From: Lachnospiraceae bacterium | GTDB taxonomy: Bacteria; Bacillota; Clostridia; Lachnospirales; Lachnospiraceae | Direction of reading: 5' to 3' | Length of the DNA: 64,000 bases | Assembly: GCA_050874905.1 (NCBI GenBank) | Contig: JBNMLP010000008.1 | Coordinates: forward strand, 8,392 to 72,391 | In this document: piece after piece, positions 46,164 to 56,497 of the stretch | Layout of the letters: each line of letters starts with the position of its first letter | How positions within the stretch are numbered: the stretch's first letter is position 1 | The notes under the pieces: model-generated | Told to the model about the DNA's origin: nothing | Database searches by the model: none | The model's input: the letters and a program-made list of their open reading frames with translations, nothing else | Program-made: the position numbers and the translations under genes

Positions 46164-47333
46164 TTACTCTCTGCCCAGCCGCATAAATCCGAACAGGAAA
46201 AACAATGCGGATACCAGAGCAAAAATTCCCCCGGCATATCCGATCATTCCGATGGATGCCTTTGTACACACCAGACCCCCGGCAAACGTACCACAGCCAA
46301 TTCCAAAATTGAAAATGCCGGAATAAATCGACATGGCAATGGAGGATGCTTCCTCGCTGGAATTACGGATGGTTTCTGACTGAAAAGTCACATTAAATGC
46401 CATCACCACAATTCCCCAAAGAATACAGATCCCTATTATGAAAATGCTATTTTGAGCCGCGGCCGCCAGCACACCTAACAGCACGACCAAAGAAATCATA
46501 ACCGTTCCTATAAACCGCATTCTGTTTTTATCATACAATTTGGAGAACAAAAAGCTTCCAAGCAGCCCTGCCGCACCAAATAATAACAGCGTGATCGTAA
46601 CCAGTTGATCTGAAAGATTGGCCACCTGCTTCAAAAACGGTTCAATATAGCTATAAGAGGTATAATAAGCAAGCACAAACAAAAAGGTCTGGATGTAAAC
46701 CCCGATCAGCCCCGGACGCTTCAAAAGTTCCGGCAGTTGCTTTACTTCAAACGGGGTTCCGCTTTCCATTTTTGGAAACAACACAATAATATATAAAACT
46801 AAAACCATTGCGATTACACCGACAAATAAAAAGGTGACGCGCCAGCTTAAATAAAGTCCTATGATACGTCCAAGCGGCAGTCCTGCGATCGTAGCCAGTG
46901 AAGTTCCCGTCACGATCATACTAAGGGCAAAGGAACGGTGTTCCTCTCTTACCAGTTTCACCGCAATTGGAGAAGCAATCGACCAGAACACGGCATGTGC
47001 ACACGCAACTCCGATTCTTGACACCATCAACATTCCGTAACTCATCGCTGCTGTGGAAAGAAACTGAAAACCTCCAAACAATGCCATCGTTCCCAGCAAC
47101 AATGTTTTATATGGAATCTTGCAAACCAGCAGCATCAGCGGCAGAGAAAGCAACATGACCACCCAGGAATAAACTGTGATCAACTGGCCGGCATGCGCCT
47201 CTGTAATATGATAATTCTGCGCAATATCAGACAAAAGACCGATCGGCATAAATTCTGATGTATTAAAGATAAATGCTGCCACTGTCATCCCGATCAAAGG
47301 CAGCCACTCTCTCGCTGTCATTTTTTCTTTCAT
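46164..47333 (-). CDS. MFS transporter, SotB/YdeA (DHA1 sugar-efflux) type
   Basis: FNTSEFMPIGLL, AGQLITVYSW, SRIGVACAHAVFWS, GLPLGR; about 12 hydrophobic segments. Confidence 0.88.
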   Translation of the reverse strand: MKEKMTAREWLPLIGMTVAAFIFNTSEFMPIGLLSDIAQNYHITEAHAGQLITVYSWVVMLLSLPLMLLVCKIPYKTLLLGTMALFGGFQFLSTAAMSYGMLMVSRIGVACAHAVFWSIASPIAVKLVREEHRSFALSMIVTGTSLATIAGLPLGRIIGLYLSWRVTFLFVGVIAMVLVLYIIVLFPKMESGTPFEVKQLPELLKRPGLIGVYIQTFLFVLAYYTSYSYIEPFLKQVANLSDQLVTITLLLFGAAGLLGSFLFSKLYDKNRMRFIGTVMISLVVLLGVLAAAAQNSIFIIGICILWGIVVMAFNVTFQSETIRNSSEEASSIAMSIYSGIFNFGIGCGTFAGGLVCTKASIGMIGYAGGIFALVSALFFLFGFMRLGRE

Positions 47334-47396
47334 TGTTTTCCCTCTTTCTTTTTCCTATGTAAGATGCTGTTGCATTTTGATATAATTGGTATAAAA

Positions 47397-47424
47397 ATAA
47401 GGAAACCATAAATGGTTTCCTTAT
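47397..47424 (-). terminator. Hairpin immediately 3' of tRNA-Leu
   Basis: ATAAGGAAACCA-taaa-TGGTTTCCTTAT. Confidence 0.75.
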
Positions 47425-47429
47425 CATCA

Positions 47430-47513
47430 TGCGGAAGATGGGACTTGAACCCACACGACATTGCTGCCACAAGATCCTTAGTCTTGCTCGTCTGCCAGTT
47501 CCGACACTTCCGC
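47430..47513 (-). tRNA. tRNA-Leu with anticodon AAG (class II, long variable arm; CCA not encoded)
   Basis: GCGGAAG acceptor stem, GGAACTGGCAGAC D arm, CAAGA-CT AAG GA-TCTTG anticodon arm, GTGGG-TTCAAGT-CCCAT T arm. Confidence 0.92.
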
Positions 47514-47644
47514 ATATCGTCAAACAACCGACTAAAATAGAATATCATTTTAGCCCCTGTTTGTCAACAATATTTTATTGTTTTTTTCATTTTTTTGCAA
47601 AACGCTCCTGCATAACAGGAAGCGTCCTACAAAATGATGAAATA

Positions 47645-48001
47645 CTATGCTAATTTGCTCTTAGCAAGCTCAACTAAAGAAGTGAATCCTTCTGCATCAG
47701 AGATAGCCATCTCAGATAACATCTTACGATTTACTTCTACACCAGCTAACTTTAAGCCGTACATAAACTTAGAGTAAGAAAGTCCATTCATACGTGCTGC
47801 AGCGTTGATACGTGCGATCCATAACTGTCTGAACTGTCTTTTTCTCTGCTTTCTTCCTGCATATGAGCTGGTTAATGCTCTCATTACAGACTGCTTTGCA
47901 ACTCTGTACTGCTTAGAACGAGCTCCTCTATAACCTTTTGCTAACTTTAATACGCGATTATGTCTTTTCTTCGCGCCCTGACCGCCTTTAATTCTTGCCA
48001 T
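47645..48001 (-). CDS. rplT: 50S ribosomal protein L20
   Basis: MARIKGG...LAKGYRG...[13 protein letters not shown]. Confidence 0.99.
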   Translation of the reverse strand: MARIKGGQGAKKRHNRVLKLAKGYRGARSKQYRVAKQSVMRALTSSYAGRKQRKRQFRQLWIARINAAARMNGLSYSKFMYGLKLAGVEVNRKMLSEMAISDAEGFTSLVELAKSKLA

Positions 48002-48036
48002 TCTAGTATCCTCCGTTTCTTTCTAAAATTAAAATC

Positions 48037-48234
48037 CTACAAATAAGGTAATACTTTCTTCATGTTCTTTACGTTGGTAGCGTCTGTCATAACACCCTTT
48101 CTTAACGTTCTCTTCTTCTTTGTAGACTTCTTTGTTAAGATGTGCTGCTTGTACGCTTTCTGTCTCTTTAACTGACCAGTTCCGGTCTTCTTAAAACGCT
48201 TCGCTGCTGCTCTGTTTGTCTTCATTTTTGGCAT
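48037..48234 (-). CDS. rpmI: 50S ribosomal protein L35
   Basis: [20 protein letters not shown]. Confidence 0.99.
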   Translation of the reverse strand: MPKMKTNRAAAKRFKKTGTGQLKRQKAYKQHILTKKSTKKKRTLRKGVMTDATNVKNMKKVLPYL

Positions 48235-48302
48235 AACTTTTGTCCTCCTTAAAATATCTCTCTATCGTAATAAAACAATGCACTGCATCATATTATCCGC
48301 AT

Positions 48303-48806
48303 TTATTTCCCGGATAGAATCATGACCATACTACGTCCTTCAAACTTTGCCGGTTTATCAATATTGGCACAGTCCTCTAACGCTTGTGCAAATTCATCGA
48401 GAATATGCTTGCTGGAATCTACATGCGCCAGCTCACGGCCGCGGAAACGTAAATTCACTTTTACTTTATCTCCCTTGGAAAGGAACTTTCTTGCCTGATT
48501 GATCTTGGTATTCAGGTCATTCGTATCAATGTTTGGAGAAAAACGGATCTCTTTTACATCAACTGTCTTCTGTTTCTTTCTTGCTTCTTTTTCTTTTCTT
48601 GCCAGTTCGTATTTGTACTTGCTGTAATCAATAATCTTACAAACCGGTGGTTTTGCATTCGGAGCAATCTTTACAAGATCAAGCTCTGCATCCTCTGCCA
48701 ACTTCAACGCGTCGCGGGATGACATCACTCCGAGCTGCTCTCCTTCTGCACTGATCACACGCACTTCCTTATCTCGAATCTGCTCGTTAATCATACACTC
48801 TGCTAT
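48303..48806 (-). CDS. infC: Translation initiation factor IF-3 (probable ATA start)
   Basis: INEQIRDKEVRVI, PVCKIIDYSKYKYE, FRGRE; GGAGGTG SD sits 7 nt before in-frame ATA at 48806. Confidence 0.97.
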   Translation of the reverse strand: MAECMINEQIRDKEVRVISAEGEQLGVMSSRDALKLAEDAELDLVKIAPNAKPPVCKIIDYSKYKYELARKEKEARKKQKTVDVKEIRFSPNIDTNDLNTKINQARKFLSKGDKVKVNLRFRGRELAHVDSSKHILDEFAQALEDCANIDKPAKFEGRSMVMILSGK

Positions 48807-48832
48807 GGTTCTGCACCTCCATCATCATAGAA

Positions 48833-48996
48833 TAAAAAATAGTGGATAACAGACGTTATCCACTACATAATCTATACTATCCAGATAGCAAAACATATCT
48901 TGATCCTGTCAGAATTATGAACCCGAGACGCCTCTATGCGCTAAGGTGAGAGTGGAAACTCTGCTTTCTTTCTCTTATGAGCATCTGCTCACAACG
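48833..48996 (-). ncRNA. Ribosomal protein L20 leader (attenuator) upstream of infC-rpmI-rplT
   Basis: Minus strand AAAGCAGAGTTTCCACTCTCACCTT resembles the Firmicute L20-leader core; terminator AGTGGATAAC-gtct-GTTATCCACT-T7; promoter TTGACA-17-TATGCT at 49031-49003. Confidence 0.75.
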
Positions 48997-49054
48997 CATA
49001 AAAGCATACCACACCTCCAACACTTTGTCAAGCATCAATTCCTAAATCAAATTC

Positions 49055-51019
49055 TTATGCTTTTTCCTCTGTTACCTGTTCCTCCCGGATGGCCTTTGTA
49101 CGGATTTCCTCACAGATCTCATCAATAAATGTCTGAAGCGGTTTCTGACCTTCATCTCCGGCAAAACGGCTGCGTACAGAAACCAGTCCATCTGCTTCTT
49201 CCTTTTCTCCAACAACTAACATATAAGGAACGCGGTCCAGTCTTGTCTCACGGATCTTCTTGCCAATCTTCTCAGAACGGTTATCCACTGTGAAATCAAT
49301 ACCATTTTTCTTAAGTTCAGCAGCCACCTTTGCAGCATAATCCTGATACTTCTCTGAAATAGGAAGTACACGAACCTGCTCCGGGCATAACCATGTCGGG
49401 AACTTGCCGGCATAATGCTCGATCAGCCATGCAAGTGTTCTCTCATAGCATCCCATAGAAGTTCTGTGAATGATCCATGGCAGCTTCTTCTCTCCATTTT
49501 CATCTACATAATACATACCAAAATTCTCAGCAGAAGCACAGTCAAGCTGAATCGTAACCATAGTATCTTCTTTTCCGTATACATTTTTTGCCTGAATGTC
49601 AATCTTCGGACCGTAAAATGCTGCTTCTCCATCTGCCTCCGTAAAGGTGATATTATTGTCGATCATTACCTTACGAAGATAATCCTGTGTAGAATTCCAA
49701 TAATTTTCATCTCCCAGATATTTATCGGTATTCTTTGGATCCCATTTGGAAAGACGGTAGGTCACATCTCCATCAATACCAAGTGTCTTCATAACATAAT
49801 TACATAACTCTACACATCGTGTCAGCTCCTCTTCTGCCTGCTCCGGTGTCAGAATGATATGTGCTTCCGTAATTGTAAACTGACGCACACGGGTCAGTCC
49901 ATGCATCTCTCCGGAATCTTCGTTACGGAACAACGTAGAGGTCTCTGCCATACGATAAGGGAGATCACGATAAGAATGCTGATCACTCATATAAACATAA
50001 TACTGGAATGGACAGGTCATCGGGCGAAGTGCCATCGTCTCTTTGTCCTCGCTGTCCTGGTTCAGGATAAACATACCATCCATATAATGATCCCAGTGAC
50101 CGGAAATCTTATAAAGATCGGCCTTTGCCATAAGTGGTGTACGGGTACGTACATATCCCCACTCATTATCCTCCAGATCCTCGATCCAGCGCTGCAGCTT
50201 CTGGATCATCTTTGTTCCTTTTGGTTTAAACAGTGGAAGCCCCTGTCCGATCACATCTACCGTAGTAAAGAGTCCCATCTCACGGCCAAGCTTATTGTGA
50301 TCGCGTTTCTTGATATCCTCTAAATGCTCTAAATATGCTGTAAGATCTGCTTTCTTTGTATAGGAAATACCATATACACGGGTCAGCATTTTCTTATGCT
50401 CATCGCCTCTCCAGTACGCACCGGAAGAAGAGATCAGCTTAAAGGCTTTGATCGGTTTGGTACTCATCAGATGCGGGCCGGCACAAAGATCCACAAAATC
50501 GCCCTGGGAATAGAAGGAAATCTCCTCTCCCTCCGGAAGATCCTCGATCAACTCTACCTTGTACGGCTCATTGCGGTCTTTCATAAACTGGATTGCTTCT
50601 TCCCGTGGCAGTGTATAACGCTCCAGAGCAGCACCCTTTTTAATGATCTTTTTCATTTCCTTTTCGATCTCATCTAACGCTGCGCGGTCAAATGGAGCGC
50701 AGTCGAAATCATAATAGAATCCCTCATCGATCGCAGGTCCGATCGTTATCTTCGCATCCGGATATAAATTTTTTACCGCCTCTGCCAATACATGGGAAGT
50801 AGTATGCCAGTATGCTTTTTTACCTTCCGGATCATCAAACGTTAAAATATTCAAATTACAATCTTCGTTTACAACGGTACGAAGATCTACTACTTTTCCG
50901 TTAATTTCTCCGGCACATGCTACTCTTGCCAGACCTTCACTAATGTCTCTTGCAATGTCAATGACAGACATGCCTGCTTCGTATTCCTTACTGGAACCAT
51001 CCTTTAATGTTACTATCAT
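49055..51019 (-). CDS. thrS: Threonine--tRNA ligase
   Basis: TGS domain, WHTTSHVLA, DLCAGPH, RDHNKLG, LRPMTCP, RVRQF, IHRT. Confidence 0.98.
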   Translation of the reverse strand: MIVTLKDGSSKEYEAGMSVIDIARDISEGLARVACAGEINGKVVDLRTVVNEDCNLNILTFDDPEGKKAYWHTTSHVLAEAVKNLYPDAKITIGPAIDEGFYYDFDCAPFDRAALDEIEKEMKKIIKKGAALERYTLPREEAIQFMKDRNEPYKVELIEDLPEGEEISFYSQGDFVDLCAGPHLMSTKPIKAFKLISSSGAYWRGDEHKKMLTRVYGISYTKKADLTAYLEHLEDIKKRDHNKLGREMGLFTTVDVIGQGLPLFKPKGTKMIQKLQRWIEDLEDNEWGYVRTRTPLMAKADLYKISGHWDHYMDGMFILNQDSEDKETMALRPMTCPFQYYVYMSDQHSYRDLPYRMAETSTLFRNEDSGEMHGLTRVRQFTITEAHIILTPEQAEEELTRCVELCNYVMKTLGIDGDVTYRLSKWDPKNTDKYLGDENYWNSTQDYLRKVMIDNNITFTEADGEAAFYGPKIDIQAKNVYGKEDTMVTIQLDCASAENFGMYYVDENGEKKLPWIIHRTSMGCYERTLAWLIEHYAGKFPTWLCPEQVRVLPISEKYQDYAAKVAAELKKNGIDFTVDNRSEKIGKKIRETRLDRVPYMLVVGEKEEADGLVSVRSRFAGDEGQKPLQTFIDEICEEIRTKAIREEQVTEEKA

Positions 51020-51044
51020 GTTCTATTCCTCCATTCTTTTTGTC

Positions 51045-51312
51045 AGAGATAAAAAAAGTCCCTGACATATTACTATGCCAGGGACGAGATCACTCGCGGT
51101 TCCACCCTGTTTCGCAGGAAAAGAATCCAAAATAAAATGTTTCTTTCTCTACGCCACTCAATTCAAGATGATAACGGTATCTGACCGGACCGGATTAAGG
51201 TCACTCCGAGATGGTCTTCCATTTTATCCGCATGAAACCTTTTCAGCTTCCGGCTTCTCTCTGTTACGCTTTCCTAAAATGTACTCTTCTCTTCTTCGTT
51301 TTTTCTTTTTAT
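51045..51312 (-). promoter_or_regulatory. T-box riboswitch, Thr specifier (ACC)
   Basis: AGAGA and GCTGAA stem-I motifs, GAAG-ACC specifier at 51215-51213, T-box AAACAGGGTGGAACCGCG at 51112-51095, terminator GTCCCTG...CAGGGAC-T6; promoter TTGACA-17-TAAGAT at 51348-51320. Confidence 0.92.
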
Positions 51313-51355
51313 GGTACTTATCTTATGCCGTTTATTTTCAAATGTCAAGCACAAA

Positions 51356-52342
51356 TCAAAACAAATCTTCACTCACCGGAATCTGCATCATTTCTGTCAG
51401 ATCCCCTTCTTTGTTGATCAGCAGCCAGAGCTTTACGTACATAGCAACCGGAGAAGCCGGAGGCAGGAAATGCAGATCCGTATCCAGTGCCTTCACACTT
51501 TCATACTGCGTCTCTCCTGTTGCGCCCACAACAAACACCGGAATTCCTGCACGGTTCAGCTGCTTCATAAACTTCTCAAAATGAGGAGTCTTGTTGCACA
51601 AAGTTCCGGAATGGTAGGTATTCATTAAAACTGCTTTTGCATCTGAGAACACAGACGGAAGCTGCATGCCAGGATAAGAAAAAATACGCTGCACGGAACG
51701 ATCTTCGCTCAACATTTTCACACCGAGACCCTCTTCCGTACTTTCGCCTTTTTTATATGCTGCATTTTCCTGATAAACGCCATTTTCATAGTAACCAAGA
51801 TACTGGTCAAAAATGCTGTAAATCTCATCACTCAGCGGAAGATGCGGCAGCACTCTTGTCGCCCGGTGAATATATACCTTTTTGTCATGATTCTGGTAGG
51901 CAATATAACATCCCGGTCTTCCCTGATCCAGAATAAAGTCCGCAGCCGCTTCAAAGTTTGCCACACCATTGGCTCTTTCATCCTCCAACACATAATTGCT
52001 GGACGCAAATAAAATCGGGATCTTCGTGTCCGCAAACATGTAATCCATCGCTGCCGCCATATACTGCACAGTATCTGTCCCATGCAGTACAATGATCCCT
52101 TTATAGTCTCTTGACATGTTTTCCCGGATACACGATGCTAAACAGTTGATCGTAGCCGCTGTCACATTTTCACTTAAAATGTAGTACGGATTTACCGTAT
52201 CAAAAAATACATTTTTAAAATCTTCTCTGGAATTCACGATCTGCTCCAGAAGCTGATGTTTTTTTGCTTCATCCACAGCTACATATTCTCCTGATACAGA
52301 ACTTCCAATCGTTCCACCTGTATAGATTACTAAGATCTTCAA
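51356..52342 (-). CDS. ansA: L-asparaginase, type I
   Basis: YTGGTI and HGTDT catalytic Thr motifs; no signal peptide. Confidence 0.85.
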   Translation of the reverse strand: MKILVIYTGGTIGSSVSGEYVAVDEAKKHQLLEQIVNSREDFKNVFFDTVNPYYILSENVTAATINCLASCIRENMSRDYKGIIVLHGTDTVQYMAAAMDYMFADTKIPILFASSNYVLEDERANGVANFEAAADFILDQGRPGCYIAYQNHDKKVYIHRATRVLPHLPLSDEIYSIFDQYLGYYENGVYQENAAYKKGESTEEGLGVKMLSEDRSVQRIFSYPGMQLPSVFSDAKAVLMNTYHSGTLCNKTPHFEKFMKQLNRAGIPVFVVGATGETQYESVKALDTDLHFLPPASPVAMYVKLWLLINKEGDLTEMMQIPVSEDLF

Positions 52343-54483
52343 TCTGATTCCTCCTTTTTGAGTACCGGAGCAATGATCGGTTCAAACACTCTGCGATCCT
52401 GTATTTTTTTATCCGGTACATTTTGTTTTGCCTGCTCGCAGAAATAATCCTGTGAGTTGATACTTTCTTTTCCTCTGCGATCCGGTTTGACGTAACTGCC
52501 GTCCGGATTCAGAATATGGGCTTTCACATTATCCGAAAGTTCTACTTCCAGAATATGTACGACCTCTTCCTTGAGCACTTCATCCTCGACTGGAAAGAGT
52601 ATTTCCACACGGCGGTTTAAATTACGCGGCATCCAGTCCGCACTGGACATATACACTTCATCCCAGCCGTCATTGTAAAAATAATAAATGCGGCTGTGCT
52701 CCAAAAAGTTACCAACAATAGAACGCACTGTAATATTTTCGCTGATACCAGGTATACCTACCTTTAAGCAGCAAATTCCACGTACGATCAGATCAATCTT
52801 TACTCCAGCTGCCGAAGCCTCATAAAGAGCTGCAATGATGCCATGATCGCAAAGGGAATTCATCTTTGCTACAATTCTGGCTTCCTTGCCTTCCTCTGCA
52901 TGCTTTTGCTCCCGTCTGATCAATTCTAAGAAACGATCCCGAAGCCAGATCGGGGCACAGGCAAGCTTGTTCCAGACCGGTGGCTCTGAATAACCGGAAA
53001 GCATATTAAAGACTGCGGTTGCATCCTCACCAATCAGTTCTGAAGCGGTGAACATACCAAGATCTGTATATAATTTTGCAGTACTGTCATTGTAGTTACC
53101 CGTTCCCAGATGTACATAGCGGCGGATACCATCTTCTTCCCGGCGTACCACCAATGTGATCTTACTGTGCGTCTTTAAGCCCACCAGGCCATAAATAACA
53201 TGGCAGCCTGCCTGTTCCAGCTTCTTCGCCCAGATAATATTATTTTCCTCGTCAAAACGTGCTTTTAATTCTACTAAAACCGTGACCTGCTTTCCGTTTT
53301 CTGCTGCCTGCGCAAGTGCTGCAATGATCGGGGAATGTCCCGATACGCGGTATAACGTCTGCTTAATCGCCAGCACAGAAGGATCTTTTGCCGCAAGCTT
53401 TACAAAGTCCACGACCGGATCAAACGTTTCATACGGATGGTGCAGTAAAATGTCACGCTTTCGGATCTGCTCAAACAGATTCTGATCCGGCACCAGCATC
53501 TTTGCCGGCTGTGGCACCCACTTTTTGTAACGCAGGTGTTCAAATTCCGGCATACCGCTGATCTTCATAAGAAAAGTCAGATCCAACGGTCCCTGAATGG
53601 AAAAAACATCCTCGTCATTAACGGACAGCTGTTTTTTCAATTCTTTCAGCAGTTTTTTGTCTGCATGCGCCTCGATCTCCAACTTGATCACCTCGCCCCA
53701 TTGACGACGTTTTAACTGTTTTTCAATCTCCTGCAGCAGATCTTCTGCCTCTTCCTCATCGATGCTTAGATCTGCATTTCTCATAATACGATAAGGATGT
53801 GCACAAATGACACGATTATTCAAAAAGAGCTTTTGCAAGTTCTTTTCTATGATCTCCTCTAAGAGGATCACCTTTTTTCCTTCCCCTTCTTCTGCTGGAA
53901 GTGGCACGATCCTCGGAAGCACTGACGGCACCTGTACAGTGGCAAGATCATACTCTCCACCATGATCCCGGTTCGAGATCAACGCAGCAATGTTCAGTGT
54001 CTTATTTCTGACCAGAGGAAATGGTCTTGAGGAATCTACCGCCATCGGTGTCAGTACCGGATAAACATTTTTCTCAAAGTAGTCATCCACATAGACAGCC
54101 TGTTTTTCATTCAACTGTTCATAATGCTCGATCAAATGGAAACCTTCTTTTTTCATGGCAGGAAGCAGCATCCGGTTTAAAGTATGATACTGATCCTCCA
54201 TCAACTGATGGGTTTTTTCATTGATCGCAGCAAGCTGTTCTTTTGCCGTCATACCGGCAATATCTTTTTTGGTATATCCGGCATGCTCCTGATCCTTTAA
54301 CGATGCCACACGCACCATAAAAAATTCATCCAGATTCGATGCCGTAATACTAAGAAATTTGATCCGTTCAAACAGTGGTATGCTCTTATCCTGCGCCTCA
54401 TGCAGCACCCGGTAATTGAAATCAATCCACGACAGTTCCCGGTTAGAGTAATATTCCGGTCTGGTATACTTCTTATCTGCCAT
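52339..54483 (-). CDS. ppk1: Polyphosphate kinase 1
   Basis: NRELSW, NLDEFFMVRVA, LHHPYE, ELKARFDE, KTHSK, GNFLEHSR, SADWMPRNL. Confidence 0.97.
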   Translation of the reverse strand: MADKKYTRPEYYSNRELSWIDFNYRVLHEAQDKSIPLFERIKFLSITASNLDEFFMVRVASLKDQEHAGYTKKDIAGMTAKEQLAAINEKTHQLMEDQYHTLNRMLLPAMKKEGFHLIEHYEQLNEKQAVYVDDYFEKNVYPVLTPMAVDSSRPFPLVRNKTLNIAALISNRDHGGEYDLATVQVPSVLPRIVPLPAEEGEGKKVILLEEIIEKNLQKLFLNNRVICAHPYRIMRNADLSIDEEEAEDLLQEIEKQLKRRQWGEVIKLEIEAHADKKLLKELKKQLSVNDEDVFSIQGPLDLTFLMKISGMPEFEHLRYKKWVPQPAKMLVPDQNLFEQIRKRDILLHHPYETFDPVVDFVKLAAKDPSVLAIKQTLYRVSGHSPIIAALAQAAENGKQVTVLVELKARFDEENNIIWAKKLEQAGCHVIYGLVGLKTHSKITLVVRREEDGIRRYVHLGTGNYNDSTAKLYTDLGMFTASELIGEDATAVFNMLSGYSEPPVWNKLACAPIWLRDRFLELIRREQKHAEEGKEARIVAKMNSLCDHGIIAALYEASAAGVKIDLIVRGICCLKVGIPGISENITVRSIVGNFLEHSRIYYFYNDGWDEVYMSSADWMPRNLNRRVEILFPVEDEVLKEEVVHILEVELSDNVKAHILNPDGSYVKPDRRGKESINSQDYFCEQAKQNVPDKKIQDRRVFEPIIAPVLKKEESD

Positions 54484-56027
54484 TAAAACGACCTCCTTTG
54501 CTTGATCATCGGACGGATTCCATAAACTTCTTCAAAGAAATCTGCCTTACTTTTAAACAGTGCCTTTTCTAAAGAAATGTCTTCGATCGCATCAGTAGAA
54601 AGGATCAATTTGTTCTCATGAAGTGCCACCTTGATCTTGGTGATCTTTTGCTTGTGGCTGCGGTCTAAGGCATTGGCAACACGTAAGATTGCCGTCAGCT
54701 TGCTGATCAATATGTATTCTTCCCTGCTAAGTTCCCCTTCTATCCGGTCATAAGACGGAAGCCAGACCGTATTATACTTCACCAAATTGGCAACCAGCTG
54801 TCTTTCCTTATGAGAAAGGCCAATGATCTCTGTCCCCATGATGATATTGTAGCCATCCGCTCCACCAGAATTCATATTTACATACTTGCCACAGTCATGC
54901 AGGATCACCGCAAGCTGCAACAGCAGGCGGGAACGCTTATTTAACCCGTGGATCTTCTTCATCCGGTCAAAAATCTCCAATGCGATCACCATAACATCAT
55001 TGATATGTGTTTTATTACAATGGTACCGTTTTGCCAGATTTTTGGAAATGGAAAGAATATCCTCCTCAAAATTGTGATTCAGCACCACCTTCTTCTTCTG
55101 GTCTGCATAATCTGCTGCGATCGCATCACACAGATCGATCCCCGGCGTCCAGATAAGCTCTGCTTTGGAACGATCCAAAAACATTTTATAAACGATTGCA
55201 GCCGGAAGTAAAAGATTCGCTACCTCCACCGGAATTCCGTATTTCATGCTCATATGCTGCGGCTTGATATGCTGTACCCGTTCGTAGATCAGGTTGATCT
55301 GCTCCTGAGTAACGGATTTTTTAATGGAAAGTTCCGGCACGAGCTTCACCAGTGCAGAAATCTCATCCCCTACCGCAATGATATTTTTTATAGTATGGTC
55401 TTTCATATAAAAGTTCTCAAAAGTAGACAACTCATTGCCAATATACTCTTTGATCATGTCCTGAAAACCACTGACACGTTCCTGTTCGTTCTCCAGCAAT
55501 CCCTGCACCCGCATCGCTCCAATGCGCAGTTTCTGCGATACTGCAAGTGCCTGTTTATCAAATATGGAAATCTGTACACTTCCCGCCCCCATATCCAGTA
55601 TCGCTGTATCCTTCTGGATCACCGCATTAAAATCGGATGTATGGCTGGCAATTCCCTTATACATCAGGTAATGTCGCTCAGAGTTACTTACAATGCGGAC
55701 AGAAAGTCCGGTACGAAGTGCGATCTGATCCAAGATTACTTCGCGGTTTGCCGCTTCACGGATCGCCGTCGAACCATAGGCAAGATACTCCGTTACCTTG
55801 TATTCTTTCATTTTCTCTTTAAACCGCAGCAATACCTGACAAAGTTCCTCTACCAGTTCATAAGAGATTTTCCCGATCCGGAATGTATCTCTTCCAAGTG
55901 CCAGGTATTGACTGACATAATCCAATGTTTTGATCCCTTTCGACGCACTGATCTGATAGATCTTCATCGAAACATCATTTGACCCCACATCAATCGCTGC
56001 AAACAATGTATATGCCATAATCATCAC
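54483..56027 (-). CDS. ppx: Ppx/GppA-family exopolyphosphatase with C-terminal HD domain
   Basis: AIDVGSN, STAIREAAN, DMGAGSVQ, LHDCGK; upstream of ppk1. Confidence 0.85.
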   Translation of the reverse strand: MMIMAYTLFAAIDVGSNDVSMKIYQISASKGIKTLDYVSQYLALGRDTFRIGKISYELVEELCQVLLRFKEKMKEYKVTEYLAYGSTAIREAANREVILDQIALRTGLSVRIVSNSERHYLMYKGIASHTSDFNAVIQKDTAILDMGAGSVQISIFDKQALAVSQKLRIGAMRVQGLLENEQERVSGFQDMIKEYIGNELSTFENFYMKDHTIKNIIAVGDEISALVKLVPELSIKKSVTQEQINLIYERVQHIKPQHMSMKYGIPVEVANLLLPAAIVYKMFLDRSKAELIWTPGIDLCDAIAADYADQKKKVVLNHNFEEDILSISKNLAKRYHCNKTHINDVMVIALEIFDRMKKIHGLNKRSRLLLQLAVILHDCGKYVNMNSGGADGYNIIMGTEIIGLSHKERQLVANLVKYNTVWLPSYDRIEGELSREEYILISKLTAILRVANALDRSHKQKITKIKVALHENKLILSTDAIEDISLEKALFKSKADFFEEVYGIRPMIKQRRSF

Positions 56028-56094
56028 CTCTTCTCTTCATTTTACTAAAAACAGGAGAAAAAAACCACTCTTTCTTGTTTCTTTTTTATCTGAA

Positions 56095-56123
56095 AAAGGA
56101 TCACCCCTCACGGATGATCCTTT
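56095..56123 (-). terminator. Terminator of the cold-shock gene
   Basis: AAAGGATCA...TGATCCTTT with a T run on the minus strand. Confidence 0.7.
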
Positions 56124-56174
56124 GAATCAATGTCTCTTTAAAATGTATTTCTATCAAAAAATAGTACGCTTCAA

Positions 56175-56378
56175 TTAGGCAATGACACTTACTTCTGTAG
56201 CCTGTGGTCCCTTCTCACCATCTACTACTTCAAACTGAACTTTCTGGCCATCTTCCAATGACTTGTATCCATCTGCAACGATTCCAGAGAAGTGTACGAA
56301 TACATCGTTACCCTCTTCATCAGAGATAAAGCCAAATCCTTTTTTTGCGTTGAACCATTTTACAGTACCTTGTTTCAT
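56175..56378 (-). CDS. cspA: Cold-shock protein (CspA family)
   Basis: [18 protein letters not shown] (RNP1), DVFVHFS (RNP2); ATG 56378 behind GGAGG. Confidence 0.95.
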   Translation of the reverse strand: MKQGTVKWFNAKKGFGFISDEEGNDVFVHFSGIVADGYKSLEDGQKVQFEVVDGEKGPQATEVSVIA

Positions 56379-56497
56379 GTTTCCTGTTCCTCCATAAACT
56401 AAAAATGTATACCCGGTCATCTCTTGCACCGAGCAGGTATATTATACCACAGAAAAACAGACTCCGTCAAACGATTTCCTGCGTAAAATCTACTTTT

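Noticed and set aside
47430-47513. tRNA as integration site for the upstream signalling operon
   Set aside because: No integrase and no duplicated tRNA 3' end found downstream by eye
48841-48864. Two DnaA-box-like sequences (GTGGATAA / TTATCCAC)
   Set aside because: They are the two arms of the L20-leader terminator hairpin; no oriC context
55254-55982. 242-aa plus-strand ORF (similarly 25095-25763, 21906-22466, 41975-42547)
   Set aside because: Antisense to well-supported genes, no protein-like features
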